64,000 bases of DNA from assembly GCA_052032225.1 (NCBI GenBank), contig JBPEWY010000083.1, forward strand, positions 40,965 to 104,964, given 5' to 3'. Below, one piece after another: positions 7,511 through 17,595 of this stretch. Numbering within the stretch: the stretch's first letter is position 1; every line of letters begins with the position of its first letter. This DNA comes from Flavobacteriaceae bacterium (GTDB taxonomy: Bacteria; Bacteroidota; Bacteroidia; Flavobacteriales; Flavobacteriaceae). Under the pieces are notes generated by a model that was not told the origin of the DNA, made no database searches, and was given only the letters and a program-made list of their open reading frames with translations. The translations under genes were made by a program, and so were the position numbers.

Positions 7511-9868
7511 ATGATCCGATTATACTACCTAACAACAATTTTTATTTTTTTCTTTACTAATTTACTTTTTGCTCAAGTTTACGGAGAACTAAATGGGGTG
7601 GTAACAGATCAAACGGGGACACCCATATTTGGTGCATCGGTTTATTTAGAAGGAACCCAAAAAGGAGCTCAAACCAATCAAGAGGGAAAGTACAGCATAA
7701 CAAATATAGAACCCGGATCGTACAATTTAATAGCAAGTTATTTAGGATATAAAACCCAAACAAAGTATAATGTAATTGTAAAATCTAAAGGTACGCCTGC
7801 GTATAATTTTGTACTTACAGAATTAGTAGAAGCCTTAGATGAGGTAGAAGTTACCAATGCAAGCAGAATTAGTAAACCTAAAGAAACTCCTTTATCTACC
7901 CAAACCTTATCTGCCGTAGAAATTGCAACGTATCCGGGCAGTAATAATGATGTTGTTCAGGTAGCGCAAACCTTACCCGGTGTATCACCCTCTATTGGTG
8001 GTTTTAGAAATGATTTAATTATTCGTGGGGGCGCCCCGAACGAAACCGTATATTATTTAGATGGGGTAGAGGTGCCTAATATAAATCACTTTAGCACCCA
8101 AGGAAGCGCAGGAGGTCCCGTTGGTATGATTAATGTTTCGTTTATAGACGATGTAATACTTTCTGCATCTGCATTCGGAGCCCAATACGATAATCCGCTA
8201 TCAGGCGTACTTCAATTTAAACAACGAATAGGAAATACCAGAAATTTTGCAGGCAATTTCAGACTTAGTGCAAGTGAAGCAGCACTATCGGTAGAAGGGC
8301 CACTTTTTAAAGGAAAAAAAGCAGAAAGCAATACTAGTTATCTGGTTTCGGTTAGACGAAGCTACTTGCAATTTTTATTTAAAGTAATCGGCCTCCCTTT
8401 TAGACCAAGCTATTGGGATTATCAATACAAAATAAATCATAAAATAAATGAGTATAACACTTTAAGCCTTATTGGTTTGGGCTCTATTGATGATTTTTCT
8501 GTTGAAGCTCCTGCTGATTTTGATGCAGAGCAGCAAGCACAGTTAGAGCAGGCTCCCTTTATAAACCAAAAAACCAATACTATTGGCCTAACCTGGAAAA
8601 AAAGATTTAAAGATGGTAGCGGATTTATGCAAACCACTTTAAGTACTAACAGACTGCAAAACAAATTTACTAAGTATGAAGATGCAGAAAATCAAACGGG
8701 TGTAGTTTTTGCAAATGATGCCGTAGAATCCGAAACAAAGCTTAGATATTTAGTCACTAAATTTTATGATGAATTTAAGCTTTCGGCCGGATTTAACACG
8801 CAATATTCTAAGTATAAAAACAATACAATAAATAACGTTTATCAAAACACGTTTAATTCTGAAATAGATTTTGTAAAGTATGGGTTATTTGCCAATGTAA
8901 CGCGTTCTTTTTTAAATAATAGGTTAGATGTATCTGTAGGGTTTCGTTTAGACGATGATACCTTTACAACTACAGACCACCTTTTACGTACATTTTCTCC
9001 AAGAGCAGCTATATCTTATGAGTTTATAGATAACTGGAAAATTAATGCTACTGCGGGCCGTTATTTTAAACTACCGCCATACACTATTTTAGGTTTTAAA
9101 GATAACAATAACACCTTGGTAAATAAAGATGTATCGTATACCACAAGCAATCATTTTGTGCTTGGGGTAGAACATTATTTTACACCTTCGGCAAGCTTCT
9201 CTGTAGAGGCATTTTACAAAAAATATGAAGATTACCCGATTTCTGTTGTAGATCAAGTTTCTTTAGCTAACAAAGGAGCTGGATTTGAGGTATTAGGAAG
9301 CGAAGACGTTGCAACTACCGGTAGCGGTAGAGCTTATGGTACCGAACTATTATTTCAGCAAAAATTATCAAAAAACTTTTACGGTATTTTTTCGTACACT
9401 TGGTTTTTTAGTGAGTTTACAGGGCTAAATAACAATAAATATGTCCCGTCTGTTTGGGATAGCAGGCATTTAATTTCGTTTACCGGAGGTTATAAATTAA
9501 ACAATAATTGGGAAATTAGCTCTAGATATCGTTTTGCAGGAAAAACGCCATACGCGCCAGTAGATTTAGAGGCTACACAAGAAAGCTATCCCGAAATTAT
9601 TTTAGATTACACCAGATTAGGAGAAGTTAAATTAGATGTGTTTAGCCAGTTAGATGTTAGAATAGATAAAAAATGGAATTTTAAAGATCTATCACTTAAT
9701 ATTTTTGTTGAAGCTCAAAACCTATTAAAACAGCAAATTCCTCAACCAACCGAATATGGTTTAGCCAGAGATGAAAACGGACAAGTAATAGAACCCAAAA
9801 CTTTAGTGCCTATTGTTACAGACACAAGCAGTATAATTCCGAGTTTTGGCGTGGTTTTAGATTTTTAA
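7511..9868 (+). CDS. TonB-dependent outer-membrane receptor with an N-terminal carboxypeptidase-regulatory-like domain
   Basis: Signal peptide, then a GVVTDQTGTPIFGASVYLEG...GKYSITNIEPGSYNL CarboxypepD_reg fold, a plug region (IIRGGAPNETVYYLDG), a long beta-barrel and a terminal aromatic residue (F). The start could be GTG 7499. Confidence 0.85.
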   Translation: MIRLYYLTTIFIFFFTNLLFAQVYGELNGVVTDQTGTPIFGASVYLEGTQKGAQTNQEGKYSITNIEPGSYNLIASYLGYKTQTKYNVIVKSKGTPAYNFVLTELVEALDEVEVTNASRISKPKETPLSTQTLSAVEIATYPGSNNDVVQVAQTLPGVSPSIGGFRNDLIIRGGAPNETVYYLDGVEVPNINHFSTQGSAGGPVGMINVSFIDDVILSASAFGAQYDNPLSGVLQFKQRIGNTRNFAGNFRLSASEAALSVEGPLFKGKKAESNTSYLVSVRRSYLQFLFKVIGLPFRPSYWDYQYKINHKINEYNTLSLIGLGSIDDFSVEAPADFDAEQQAQLEQAPFINQKTNTIGLTWKKRFKDGSGFMQTTLSTNRLQNKFTKYEDAENQTGVVFANDAVESETKLRYLVTKFYDEFKLSAGFNTQYSKYKNNTINNVYQNTFNSEIDFVKYGLFANVTRSFLNNRLDVSVGFRLDDDTFTTTDHLLRTFSPRAAISYEFIDNWKINATAGRYFKLPPYTILGFKDNNNTLVNKDVSYTTSNHFVLGVEHYFTPSASFSVEAFYKKYEDYPISVVDQVSLANKGAGFEVLGSEDVATTGSGRAYGTELLFQQKLSKNFYGIFSYTWFFSEFTGLNNNKYVPSVWDSRHLISFTGGYKLNNNWEISSRYRFAGKTPYAPVDLEATQESYPEIILDYTRLGEVKLDVFSQLDVRIDKKWNFKDLSLNIFVEAQNLLKQQIPQPTEYGLARDENGQVIEPKTLVPIVTDTSSIIPSFGVVLDF

Positions 9869-9874
9869 AAGTGC

Positions 9875-10636
9875 TTATTTAAATTGGTTAATAAAATCTC
9901 GGGTTTTTTCTACGCCGTTTTTTTGTAAATGTTTTATGTAGGCACTACCAATTATAGCTCCGTCTGCATACGTTGTTGCTTGCGTAAAAGTTTTACTGTT
10001 AGAAATTCCAAAACCAACTAATAACTTATTTTTTAAATTCATATTAGAAATACGCTTAAAGTAGTTAAGTTCTGTTTCATTAAAAACATTTTTCACTCCG
10101 GTAGTACTGGCAGAACTAACCATATAAATAAAGCTGTCGCTAATACTATCTATCTGTAAAATTCTTTCTTTTGGCGTTTGTGGGGTAATCAAGAAGATAT
10201 TTGATAGATTATTTTTTTTAAAAATTGATGCATAATTACGTGTGTATTCTTCTAACGGAAGATCGGGAATAATTAAACCATCTATTCCAACTCGTGCACA
10301 CGCCTCACAAAAGTTTTCTATACCAAATTGTAAAATAGGATTAAAATAACCCATTATAATTAGCGGGATTGAAATGTTTTCTCTGCAGTTTTCAAGCTGA
10401 GAGAAAAGCAATTTTGTTGTCATACCATTAGAAAGCGCTTTTGTTGAACTGTCTTGAATAGTTGGTCCATCGGCTAATGGATCACTAAAAGGCAAACCAA
10501 TTTCAATTAAATCTACACCACTTTGTTCTAACTCGCTAATAATTTTAGTGGTGTCATTTAAGTTTGGGTAGCCGGCCGTAAAATATATTGAAAGTACTTT
10601 TTTGTTTTTATTAAATATATTTTTAATTCTGTTCAT
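9875..10636 (-). CDS. trpA: Tryptophan synthase alpha chain
   Basis: YFTAGYP ... IEIGLPFSDPLADGPTIQ ... GFGIS motifs. Last gene of the trp operon. Confidence 0.95.
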   Translation of the reverse strand: MNRIKNIFNKNKKVLSIYFTAGYPNLNDTTKIISELEQSGVDLIEIGLPFSDPLADGPTIQDSSTKALSNGMTTKLLFSQLENCRENISIPLIIMGYFNPILQFGIENFCEACARVGIDGLIIPDLPLEEYTRNYASIFKKNNLSNIFLITPQTPKERILQIDSISDSFIYMVSSASTTGVKNVFNETELNYFKRISNMNLKNKLLVGFGISNSKTFTQATTYADGAIIGSAYIKHLQKNGVEKTRDFINQFK

Positions 10637-10651
10637 GATAACCTACAAATA

Positions 10652-11833
10652 TTACAGTTTAAAATAATCTATGTACGTGTTTAAATCTTTATCGCCTCTA
10701 CCGGAAAGATTAACTACAACAATATCTTTATCAGAAAAACTTAGTTTTGAGAGTGCAGCAAGGGCATGTGCACTTTCTATGGCAGGAATAATTCCTTCTA
10801 ATTGGCACAATTCTAATCCGGCATTCATTGCTTCTGCATCTGTAACCGACAGAAACTGGGCTCTTTTACTTGTTAATAAATGTGCATGTAGCGGTCCTAC
10901 ACCCGGATAATCAAGTCCGGCAGAAATAGAGTAAGGTTCTACAATTTGCCCGTCAGGTGTTTGCATTAACAAAGTTTTACTTCCATGAATAATACCCTCA
11001 TTCCCTAAAACAGAAGTGGCAGCACTTTTACCGGAATTTATTCCTTTACCTGCAGCTTCTATTGCAACTAATTGAACGTTTGGGTTATTTAAATAATGAT
11101 AAAAAGCTCCTGCTGCATTACTGCCCCCACCAACACAAGCTAAAATATGCGAGGGGTTTTCTGTTCCTTCTTTTTCTAAAAGTTGTTGTTTAATTTCTTC
11201 TGATATAACACTCTGTAAACGAGCAACCATATCAGGATACGGATGCGGACCAACAACACTGCCAATAATATAATGTGTGTTGGTTGGATTGTTAATCCAA
11301 TCTCTTATAGCCTCGTTTGTTGCATCTTTAAGGGTTTTACTTCCTGATTTTGCCGGGATAACTTTAGCGCCCAGCATTTTCATTCTGGCAACGTTAGGGG
11401 CTTGCCTGGCTATATCTATTTCTCCCATATATACTACGCACTCTAAACCCATTAAAGCACAAACTGTAGCAGTAGCAACGCCATGTTGGCCGGCGCCGGT
11501 TTCGGCTATAATTCTTTTTTTACCTAAGTGTTTTGCAACTAAAATTTGTCCGATTGTATTGTTAATTTTATGAGCACCGGTATGATTTAAATCTTCACGC
11601 TTTAAGTAAATTTTGGTGTTGTATTTATTTGATAATCGTTGGGCAAAATATAAAGGAGATGGTCTGCCAACATAATCGGTAAGTAATTTATTAAAGACTG
11701 TTTTAAACTCCTCTGAAGCTAAAATATTCAGATAGTTTTTTTCTAATTCTTTAACGTTAGGATACAACATTTCGGGAATATAAGCTCCTCCAAAAATGCC
11801 GTAATAACCATTGTTGTCTACTTGGTAGCTCAT
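10652..11833 (-). CDS. trpB: Tryptophan synthase beta chain
   Basis: [18 protein letters not shown]-lysine motif, [10 protein letters not shown] and CVGGGSNA. Confidence 0.97.
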   Translation of the reverse strand: MSYQVDNNGYYGIFGGAYIPEMLYPNVKELEKNYLNILASEEFKTVFNKLLTDYVGRPSPLYFAQRLSNKYNTKIYLKREDLNHTGAHKINNTIGQILVAKHLGKKRIIAETGAGQHGVATATVCALMGLECVVYMGEIDIARQAPNVARMKMLGAKVIPAKSGSKTLKDATNEAIRDWINNPTNTHYIIGSVVGPHPYPDMVARLQSVISEEIKQQLLEKEGTENPSHILACVGGGSNAAGAFYHYLNNPNVQLVAIEAAGKGINSGKSAATSVLGNEGIIHGSKTLLMQTPDGQIVEPYSISAGLDYPGVGPLHAHLLTSKRAQFLSVTDAEAMNAGLELCQLEGIIPAIESAHALAALSKLSFSDKDIVVVNLSGRGDKDLNTYIDYFKL

Positions 11834-11843
11834 TTGTGTTTTG

Positions 11844-12476
11844 TTATAAATTATTTTTTAGTTGATGCATAAACCGTTTTAGTAAATGCAGTTTTTTTAA
11901 GCCGGGAATACTTTCAAACTGACTATTAATATCTACAGCATAGCAATATTTTGCAGCAGGTAATTTTTTAAACTTTGTAAGTTCATTAATATGTTCAAGG
12001 CCAATACCGCCACTTAAAAAGTAAGGCTTGTTAGCGGTATAATTTTCAAGTAAGTTCCAATTAAAAGTTATTCCGTTACCCCCTGGAAGTTTGCCTTTAG
12101 TGTCAAAAAGATAAAAGTCAACAACCGCTTTGTAAGGCTCAACAATATTAAAGTTAAAGCTGTTACTAACCCCAAATGCTTTTATAATTTTTAGCTTTGG
12201 CATAGTTTTTTTTATTGATTTGCAAAATGCTACAGTTTCTTCACCATGAAGTTGTACTCCCCATAATGTATTTTCTTTGGCGGTTTGCACAATTTGATCA
12301 ACAGAAGCATCCACAAAAACACCTATTTTTTTTATTTGTTTTGGTGTTTTTGGTAATTGTGCAGTAACAGCTCTTGGAGATTTTTTATAGTAAATAAACC
12401 CCAAAAAATCTGGTTTTAATGTTGCAATTTTGTTTATGTTATCGGGATTTTTCATCCCACAAACTTTAAGCTTCAT
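11844..12476 (-). CDS. trpF: Phosphoribosylanthranilate isomerase
   Basis: MKLKVCGM N-terminus, QLHG motif, and its position between trpC and trpB. Overlaps trpC by 11 nt. Confidence 0.9.
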   Translation of the reverse strand: MKLKVCGMKNPDNINKIATLKPDFLGFIYYKKSPRAVTAQLPKTPKQIKKIGVFVDASVDQIVQTAKENTLWGVQLHGEETVAFCKSIKKTMPKLKIIKAFGVSNSFNFNIVEPYKAVVDFYLFDTKGKLPGGNGITFNWNLLENYTANKPYFLSGGIGLEHINELTKFKKLPAAKYCYAVDINSQFESIPGLKKLHLLKRFMHQLKNNL

Positions 12477-13260
12477 GGGGATTAATTTTATTGATAAAGT
12501 TTTGTACGGCTTTAACCGTATTGTCTTGTTTCATAAAATGTTCTCCTATTAAAAAGCCGTTATACCCATACGATTTTAAGAGGTTCACATTTTCTGGGTT
12601 GCTAATACCACTTTCAGATATTTTAATAAAAGAATCGGGTATTATTTTACTTAGGTTTATGCTTGTTTGTATATTGGTTTTAAACGATTTTAAATCACGA
12701 TTGTTCACGCCAATTATATCTATATTGGTTAGGTTGGTTTTTTGTAAATCGGTTTCATCATGTATTTCTAATAAAACTTCAAGTTGTAGTTGTTTGGCTA
12801 CCTCAGAAAGTGCTGTAATTTGTTGTTTGGTTAAGCAGGCAGCAATCAATAAAATTACATCGGCTCCGAGAGCTTTAGCTTCTAATATTTGAAACTCATC
12901 TATAATAAAATCCTTACGAAGTAAAGGTAGGTTTGTTGTGGATCGAGCCAATAAAAAATCATCAGCAGATCCACCAAAATAATTAGTGTCAGTAAGCACA
13001 GACATCCCAGTAGCACCGCCAATTTCATATGCATTTGCTACCTTAATTACAGAAGCTTTTTGATTAATATTATCTTTAGAGGGGGAACGTCTTTTAAACT
13101 CTGCTATAATCCCACTACTACTTTTTGCTAATTGCTCTTTTAGCGATATAGTTTGTTTGCTAAATAGTTTAGCATTTTCTAGTTGTTTTATAACAATAAC
13201 TTGCTTTTTTAAAGCTACTTCTTGTTGTTTATAGGCAATTATTTGTTGTAAAATTGTCAT
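12466..13260 (-). CDS. trpC: Indole-3-glycerol phosphate synthase
   Basis: IIAEFKRRSPSK, LRKDFIID.FQI and IGVNNRDL motifs. Confidence 0.92.
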   Translation of the reverse strand: MTILQQIIAYKQQEVALKKQVIVIKQLENAKLFSKQTISLKEQLAKSSSGIIAEFKRRSPSKDNINQKASVIKVANAYEIGGATGMSVLTDTNYFGGSADDFLLARSTTNLPLLRKDFIIDEFQILEAKALGADVILLIAACLTKQQITALSEVAKQLQLEVLLEIHDETDLQKTNLTNIDIIGVNNRDLKSFKTNIQTSINLSKIIPDSFIKISESGISNPENVNLLKSYGYNGFLIGEHFMKQDNTVKAVQNFINKINPHEA

Positions 13261-13268
13261 AGAAATTA

Positions 13269-14261
13269 TTAATTACAAATGGCTAACATTTTTTTAAATG
13301 CATTCAAAGCATTTTTGCTTTGTAACGATTCTTGAGCTAGTTGGTATGCATGATCTAATGCTATATGCTTTGCTGTGGCGATGGCAAGTGCTGCATTTGC
13401 ACAAACAACTTTAGTTTGGGCTTCTGTGCCTTCTGCATGTAATACAGCAGAGAAAATTTTAGCAGCATCTTTTACAGTATTTCCCCCAAAAAGATCTTGT
13501 GGTGTTATGGTATTTGTTTTAAAATTTTTTGCAGACAATACTGTTTCGGCTGTATTACTTATAATTTTAGCGTTTCCGGTTAACGAAAGTTCATCATAAC
13601 CTTGCAAATCATGTAAAATAGTATAGCTTTTATTTGTTTGTTGGTATAAATAACTATAAACTCTTGCCAGCTCTAAGTTAAACACGCCCACCATTTGATT
13701 AGCAGGAAAAGAAGGGTTTACCATCGGGCCAAGCATATTAAAAAAAGTCTTAACGCCTAACTCTTTCCTTATGGGAGCTACCTGTTTCATGGCAGGATGA
13801 AATAAAGGAGCATGTAGCACACAAATGTTGGCTTCTTCTAAACACTTTTTTAACTTAGATGTATTGTTTGTAAAGTTAACTCCTAAATATTCTAATACAT
13901 TTGATGACCCGCTTACAGACGATACTCCGTAATTACCATGTTTAGCAACTTTTATACCGGTTCCGGCAACTATAAATGAAGCAAGGGTAGAAATGTTAAA
14001 AGTGTTTTTGCCATCACCTCCTGTACCACAAAGGTCTATTGTGTTATACTCAGAAAAATCTACATGAATACACATTTCTAGCAAAGCATCTCTAAAACCC
14101 TGAAGCTCTTGTAGCGTTATGCTACGCATCATATAAACAGTTAAAAAAGCAGCTACTTGGCTTGCATTAAAATTCCCTTTTGCAATCTCTATCAACGTAT
14201 TTTTTGCTTCTTCTGCAGATATGCTTTCGTAATTAATCAGTCTGTTTAATATATCTTTCAT
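13269..14261 (-). CDS. trpD: Anthranilate phosphoribosyltransferase
   Basis: DLCGTGGDGKNTFNIST and KHGN motifs. Start set at MKDILNRL (ATG 14261), because the longer track ORF would overlap trpG by 79 nt. Confidence 0.92.
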   Translation of the reverse strand: MKDILNRLINYESISAEEAKNTLIEIAKGNFNASQVAAFLTVYMMRSITLQELQGFRDALLEMCIHVDFSEYNTIDLCGTGGDGKNTFNISTLASFIVAGTGIKVAKHGNYGVSSVSGSSNVLEYLGVNFTNNTSKLKKCLEEANICVLHAPLFHPAMKQVAPIRKELGVKTFFNMLGPMVNPSFPANQMVGVFNLELARVYSYLYQQTNKSYTILHDLQGYDELSLTGNAKIISNTAETVLSAKNFKTNTITPQDLFGGNTVKDAAKIFSAVLHAEGTEAQTKVVCANAALAIATAKHIALDHAYQLAQESLQSKNALNAFKKMLAICN

Positions 14262-14272
14262 AAAACCAATTT

Positions 14273-14836
14273 TTAGTGGTTTACCCAGTTTTCTAATATT
14301 TGTTTTCCTAAAGGGGTTAAAACAGATTCTGGGTGATATTGCACACCACAAACATCATATTCTTTGTGTCTTAAAGACATTAATTCTCCGTTTTCATCAA
14401 AGGAGGTTGCAATTAAGTTTTCAGGTAATTTTTTATCAACTACCCACGAGTGATATCTGCCTACTTCAAAAGTTTTAGGTAGGTTGGTAAAAAGCACATC
14501 GTTTTTAGTGCAGGTTACTGTGGTGGCAACACCATGATAAACGGTAGATAGATTAATTAACTTACCTCCAAAAACTTCGGCTATTGCTTGCATTCCTAGG
14601 CATACACCAAAAATACTTTTAGTTGGAGCGTATTTGGCAATAATTTGTTTTAACAAGCCGGCTTCGTCCGGTATTCCGGGTCCCGGAGATAGTATAATTT
14701 TGTTAAACGAAGCTACATCTTGCAATGAAAGCTCGTTATTTCGCTTTACGGTAACATCACAATTTAATTCTTCTAAATAATGTACTAGGTTATAGGTAAA
14801 GCTATCGTAATTATCTATCATTAAAACTTTTTTCAT
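14273..14836 (-). CDS. trpG: Anthranilate synthase component II (glutamine amidotransferase, TrpG/PabA type)
   Basis: IDNYDSFTYNLV, the catalytic Cys context GVCLGMQ, and YHPES. Confidence 0.9.
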   Translation of the reverse strand: MKKVLMIDNYDSFTYNLVHYLEELNCDVTVKRNNELSLQDVASFNKIILSPGPGIPDEAGLLKQIIAKYAPTKSIFGVCLGMQAIAEVFGGKLINLSTVYHGVATTVTCTKNDVLFTNLPKTFEVGRYHSWVVDKKLPENLIATSFDENGELMSLRHKEYDVCGVQYHPESVLTPLGKQILENWVNH

Positions 14837-14841
14837 TTGCT

Positions 14842-16245
14842 TTAAATGGTTTCTGCCATTTTTATGGCTGTTGTTAATGCTTTTAATTTGTTATAAACCT
14901 CTTGGTTTTCGTTTTCAGGTTTAGACTTAGATACTATACCGGCACCAGCCTGGTAATACAGCGTGTGGTTTTTGCTTAAAAAAGTTCTAATCATTATTGC
15001 ATGATTAAAGTTTCCGTTAAAATCCATAAAACCAATAGCGCCACCATAAAATTCTCTGTTGGTAGGTTCGTACTGTTCTATAAGTTGCAAGGCTTTATAT
15101 TTTGGAGCTCCGCTTAGCGTTCCTGCCGGAAAAGTATTAGCAACTATTTGCATTGTTTTGGTATCTGGTTTTTTTTGCCCAACCACTTTAGAAACCAAGT
15201 GAATAACATGCGAAAAAAACTGAAGTTCTTTATAGGTTTCTACTTTTACATTGGTGCCATTTCGGCTTAAATCGTTTCTTGCTAAATCTACCAGCATTAC
15301 ATGTTCTGCATTTTCTTTAGGATCTGCAAAAAGCTTTTTTGCGGTAATAGCATCTTCTTCATCATTACCGGTACGTTTAAAGGTTCCGGCAATAGGGTGT
15401 ATTTCTGTTTTATTATTTTTAACTACGAGTTGCGCCTCTGGCGATGAGCCAAATATTTTAAAAGAGCCATAATCAAAATAAAAAAGATATGGCGATGGAT
15501 TTATGCTTCTTAAGGCTCTGTAAACGTTAAACTCATCTCCTTTAAAAGCCTGTGCAAATCTTCTTGATAATACAAGCTGAAATACATCACCTCTAAAACA
15601 ATGTTCTTTGGCTTTTACAACTAGATCTTTGTAAGCATTGTCGCTTAAATTAGAAACCGGATTGCCATCAGTAAAAAAAGGATAGGAAGCATAGTTTTTA
15701 GCATTAATAACATGCAATATTTCTTGAATGTTTTCTTTGGTATTAAAATCATGCGAAAAAATATAGGCTTCGTTATTAAAATGGTTTATGGCAATAATGT
15801 TTTTATAAACCGCATAATAAATTTCGGGAATATTAACCGATTGTGGTTTAGAGGAAATTGATACACTTTCAAAATACTTAATGGCATCATAAGCAACAAA
15901 ACCAAAAAGCCCATTAGTTATAAACTTAAAAGTATGATTAGATGTGCTGCTAAAACACTCGGAAAATTGGTGTATTTGGTTTATAACTTCACTTGTGTTT
16001 TTAATTTCTTGTTGCTGTTTTACACCATCTGGGAATAAACATTCTATAGTGTTGTTTTCTACTTTTATGTGTGCAATAGGGTTAAAACACACATACGAAA
16101 AACTGTTTTGATTGGCATGATAATCACTACTCTCCAGTAGTAAGCTATTGGGGTACTTATCTCTTAGTTTAAGATATAAGTTTACAGGTGTAATAGTATC
16201 TGCTATAATTTTTTTATACGATGTTTTTAAAACGTATTTTTTCAT
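14842..16245 (-). CDS. trpE: Anthranilate synthase component I
   Basis: LLESS N-terminal Trp-feedback motif, GTLSGAPK and GGAIG chorismate-binding motifs. First gene of the operon. Confidence 0.93.
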   Translation of the reverse strand: MKKYVLKTSYKKIIADTITPVNLYLKLRDKYPNSLLLESSDYHANQNSFSYVCFNPIAHIKVENNTIECLFPDGVKQQQEIKNTSEVINQIHQFSECFSSTSNHTFKFITNGLFGFVAYDAIKYFESVSISSKPQSVNIPEIYYAVYKNIIAINHFNNEAYIFSHDFNTKENIQEILHVINAKNYASYPFFTDGNPVSNLSDNAYKDLVVKAKEHCFRGDVFQLVLSRRFAQAFKGDEFNVYRALRSINPSPYLFYFDYGSFKIFGSSPEAQLVVKNNKTEIHPIAGTFKRTGNDEEDAITAKKLFADPKENAEHVMLVDLARNDLSRNGTNVKVETYKELQFFSHVIHLVSKVVGQKKPDTKTMQIVANTFPAGTLSGAPKYKALQLIEQYEPTNREFYGGAIGFMDFNGNFNHAIMIRTFLSKNHTLYYQAGAGIVSKSKPENENQEVYNKLKALTTAIKMAETI

Positions 16246-16271
16246 ACAGTTTTACAAGATTAGTGAGTTAT

Positions 16272-16315
16272 AAAAAACAAAAAAGGCTTGTCGTGAATTG
16301 CGACAAGCCTTTTTT
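16272..16315 (-). terminator. trp attenuator terminator hairpin
   Basis: Minus strand reads AAAAAA-GGCUUGUCG-CAAUUCA-CGACAAGCC-UUUUUUGUUUUUU. It ends 26 nt before the trpE ATG and lies downstream of the leader ORF. Confidence 0.7.
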
Positions 16316-16337
16316 GCATTACATACATACAAGGGTG

Positions 16338-16400
16338 CTACTTCACGACGTTAAACGCGAGTTTAAACCACCACCAAGTATGTACAAATATGTTCTTCAT
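16338..16400 (-). CDS. trp operon leader peptide (trpL-like), MKNIFVHTWWWFKLAFNVVK
   Basis: Hand-translated 20-codon ORF with TGG TGG TGG at codons 9-11, located between a promoter and the terminator hairpin upstream of trpE. Confidence 0.7.
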   Translation of the reverse strand: MKNIFVHTWWWFKLAFNVVK

Positions 16401-16412
16401 AGTTTATGGTAT

Positions 16413-16443
16413 CAAATATATAAAGCTTGTTGTAAAATACAAA
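16413..16443 (-). promoter_or_regulatory. trp operon promoter (TTTG-N19-TATATTTG)
   Basis: Minus strand has a -33-like TTTG (16443-16440), a 19-nt spacer, then TATATTTG (16420-16413), 12 nt before the leader ATG. Confidence 0.5.
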
Positions 16444-16461
16444 TGAAAAAGTGTATAAAAA

Positions 16462-16490
16462 TAAAAAGCGCTGTATTGCAGCGCTTTTTA
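16462..16490 (-). terminator. Intrinsic terminator of the YceI-family gene
   Basis: AGCGCTG-loop-CAGCGCT stem followed by a T-run on the minus strand, about 30 nt after the stop at 16517. Confidence 0.7.
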
Positions 16491-16516
16491 ACTATTAATC
16501 AAAAAAATATGATGTG

Positions 16517-17095
16517 TTAAAATACTAAATCTACAACTAAATCAAACTCATCGTAGATGGTTTTATCGCCAAGGTTATCAAAAAAACTTCCGGAACCATA
16601 TCTAACATCGTACAGAGAACGATCTACTTTTACATTTGCAGTTGCTTTACTTCCGTAAATAGACATTGGAAAAGTAACGGTGTTAGTTTTACCTTTTATG
16701 GTTAGGTTGCCGGTTACTTGGTATGAGTTTTTTCCGGTTTGTTTAACGTTGGTAAACTCTAAAGTAGCAGTTGGGTGATTATCAACACCAAAAAAGTCAT
16801 CAGACTTTAAGTGTTTTTCAAGCTTAGTTTTGTATTCACCGCTTAAATCATCAGATGTAATGCTGGTCATATCTACAGTAAAGTAGCCATCAACTAATTT
16901 ATTGTTATCAAATTCCAGCCAACCTTCTTTTAAAGTTACAGTGCCGTAGTGAGAACCAGTAACTTTATAACCTTTCCAAACAACTTTACTTTCTGTTGTT
17001 TTAACTTGTTTCTTGTCGGTTTCAATTGTTGTAAAAGCCGAAGTAAAAAATACTACTACTAAAGCTAATACAGATGTAACTACATTTTTTTTCAT
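16517..17095 (-). CDS. YceI-family periplasmic (polyisoprenoid-binding-like) protein
   Basis: Signal peptide, then WKGYKVTGSHYGTV...G...DMTSI...L..HLKSDDFF..D..P.A.L.F...GNLTIKG.T, typical of YceI. Confidence 0.88.
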   Translation of the reverse strand: MKKNVVTSVLALVVVFFTSAFTTIETDKKQVKTTESKVVWKGYKVTGSHYGTVTLKEGWLEFDNNKLVDGYFTVDMTSITSDDLSGEYKTKLEKHLKSDDFFGVDNHPTATLEFTNVKQTGKNSYQVTGNLTIKGKTNTVTFPMSIYGSKATANVKVDRSLYDVRYGSGSFFDNLGDKTIYDEFDLVVDLVF

Positions 17096-17118
17096 GATAT
17101 TAATTAATTTTTAAGGGT

Positions 17119-17568
17119 TTAACTTCTAATTAGTTCTAAATAATTATTAAGGGTATTAATTTGCTCAGAGTTTAATTTGCCGAGCAATTTTTTTTCTTGT
17201 GCCGTTATTTCAGGGTCTATTTTTTTTAAAAGGTTTAGTCCGTTTTCGGTTATAAAAATTTCAATTTTCCGTCTGTTTTCTTTACAAGTATTTCGTTTTA
17301 CCAATCCTTTGTCAATTAACTTATCTACCAATCGGGTAGTATTACTCATTTTATTAATCATACGTTCTTGTATGGTAAATAAGTTTGCAGGTTCACCTTT
17401 TTGACCTCGTAAAATTCTTAAAACATTAAATTGTTGGAGGGTTAAATCAAATGGTTTTAAAACACTTGTAATAGCATCAGATACCATATTTGCTGTATAT
17501 AAAAGGTTTACTACAGATTTTCTTTCTAATGGCAACTGGCTAGTTTTTAATATAGTTTCAATTTTCAT
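17119..17568 (-). CDS. MarR-family transcriptional regulator
   Basis: LTLQQFNVLRILRG ... TRLVDKLIDKGLVKR winged-helix pattern. Start set at MKIETIL (17568). Confidence 0.85.
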   Translation of the reverse strand: MKIETILKTSQLPLERKSVVNLLYTANMVSDAITSVLKPFDLTLQQFNVLRILRGQKGEPANLFTIQERMINKMSNTTRLVDKLIDKGLVKRNTCKENRRKIEIFITENGLNLLKKIDPEITAQEKKLLGKLNSEQINTLNNYLELIRS

Positions 17569-17583
17569 TTGTACCAACAATAA

Positions 17584-17595
17584 TTGTATGTACAA
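17584..17595. promoter_or_regulatory. Candidate MarR operator (inverted repeat TTGTA-TG-TACAA)
   Basis: Palindrome 16 nt upstream of the marR-like start, in the divergent intergenic region shared with the TlpA-like gene. A further TGTAC copy lies nearby. Confidence 0.25.

Noticed and set aside
13269-14351. Long form of trpD (360 aa) overlapping trpG by 79 nt
   Set aside because: The extra 30 residues (MWCAISPRICFNPFRKTNIRKLGKPLKIGF) have no TrpD similarity and lie inside trpG. MKDILNRL at 14261 gives a normal 11-nt gap.
16221-16520. 99-aa + strand ORF spanning the trpE upstream region
   Set aside because: It overlaps the trpE start, two hairpin terminators and the leader peptide on the other strand, and has no recognisable motifs. 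The region is better explained as the trp attenuator.
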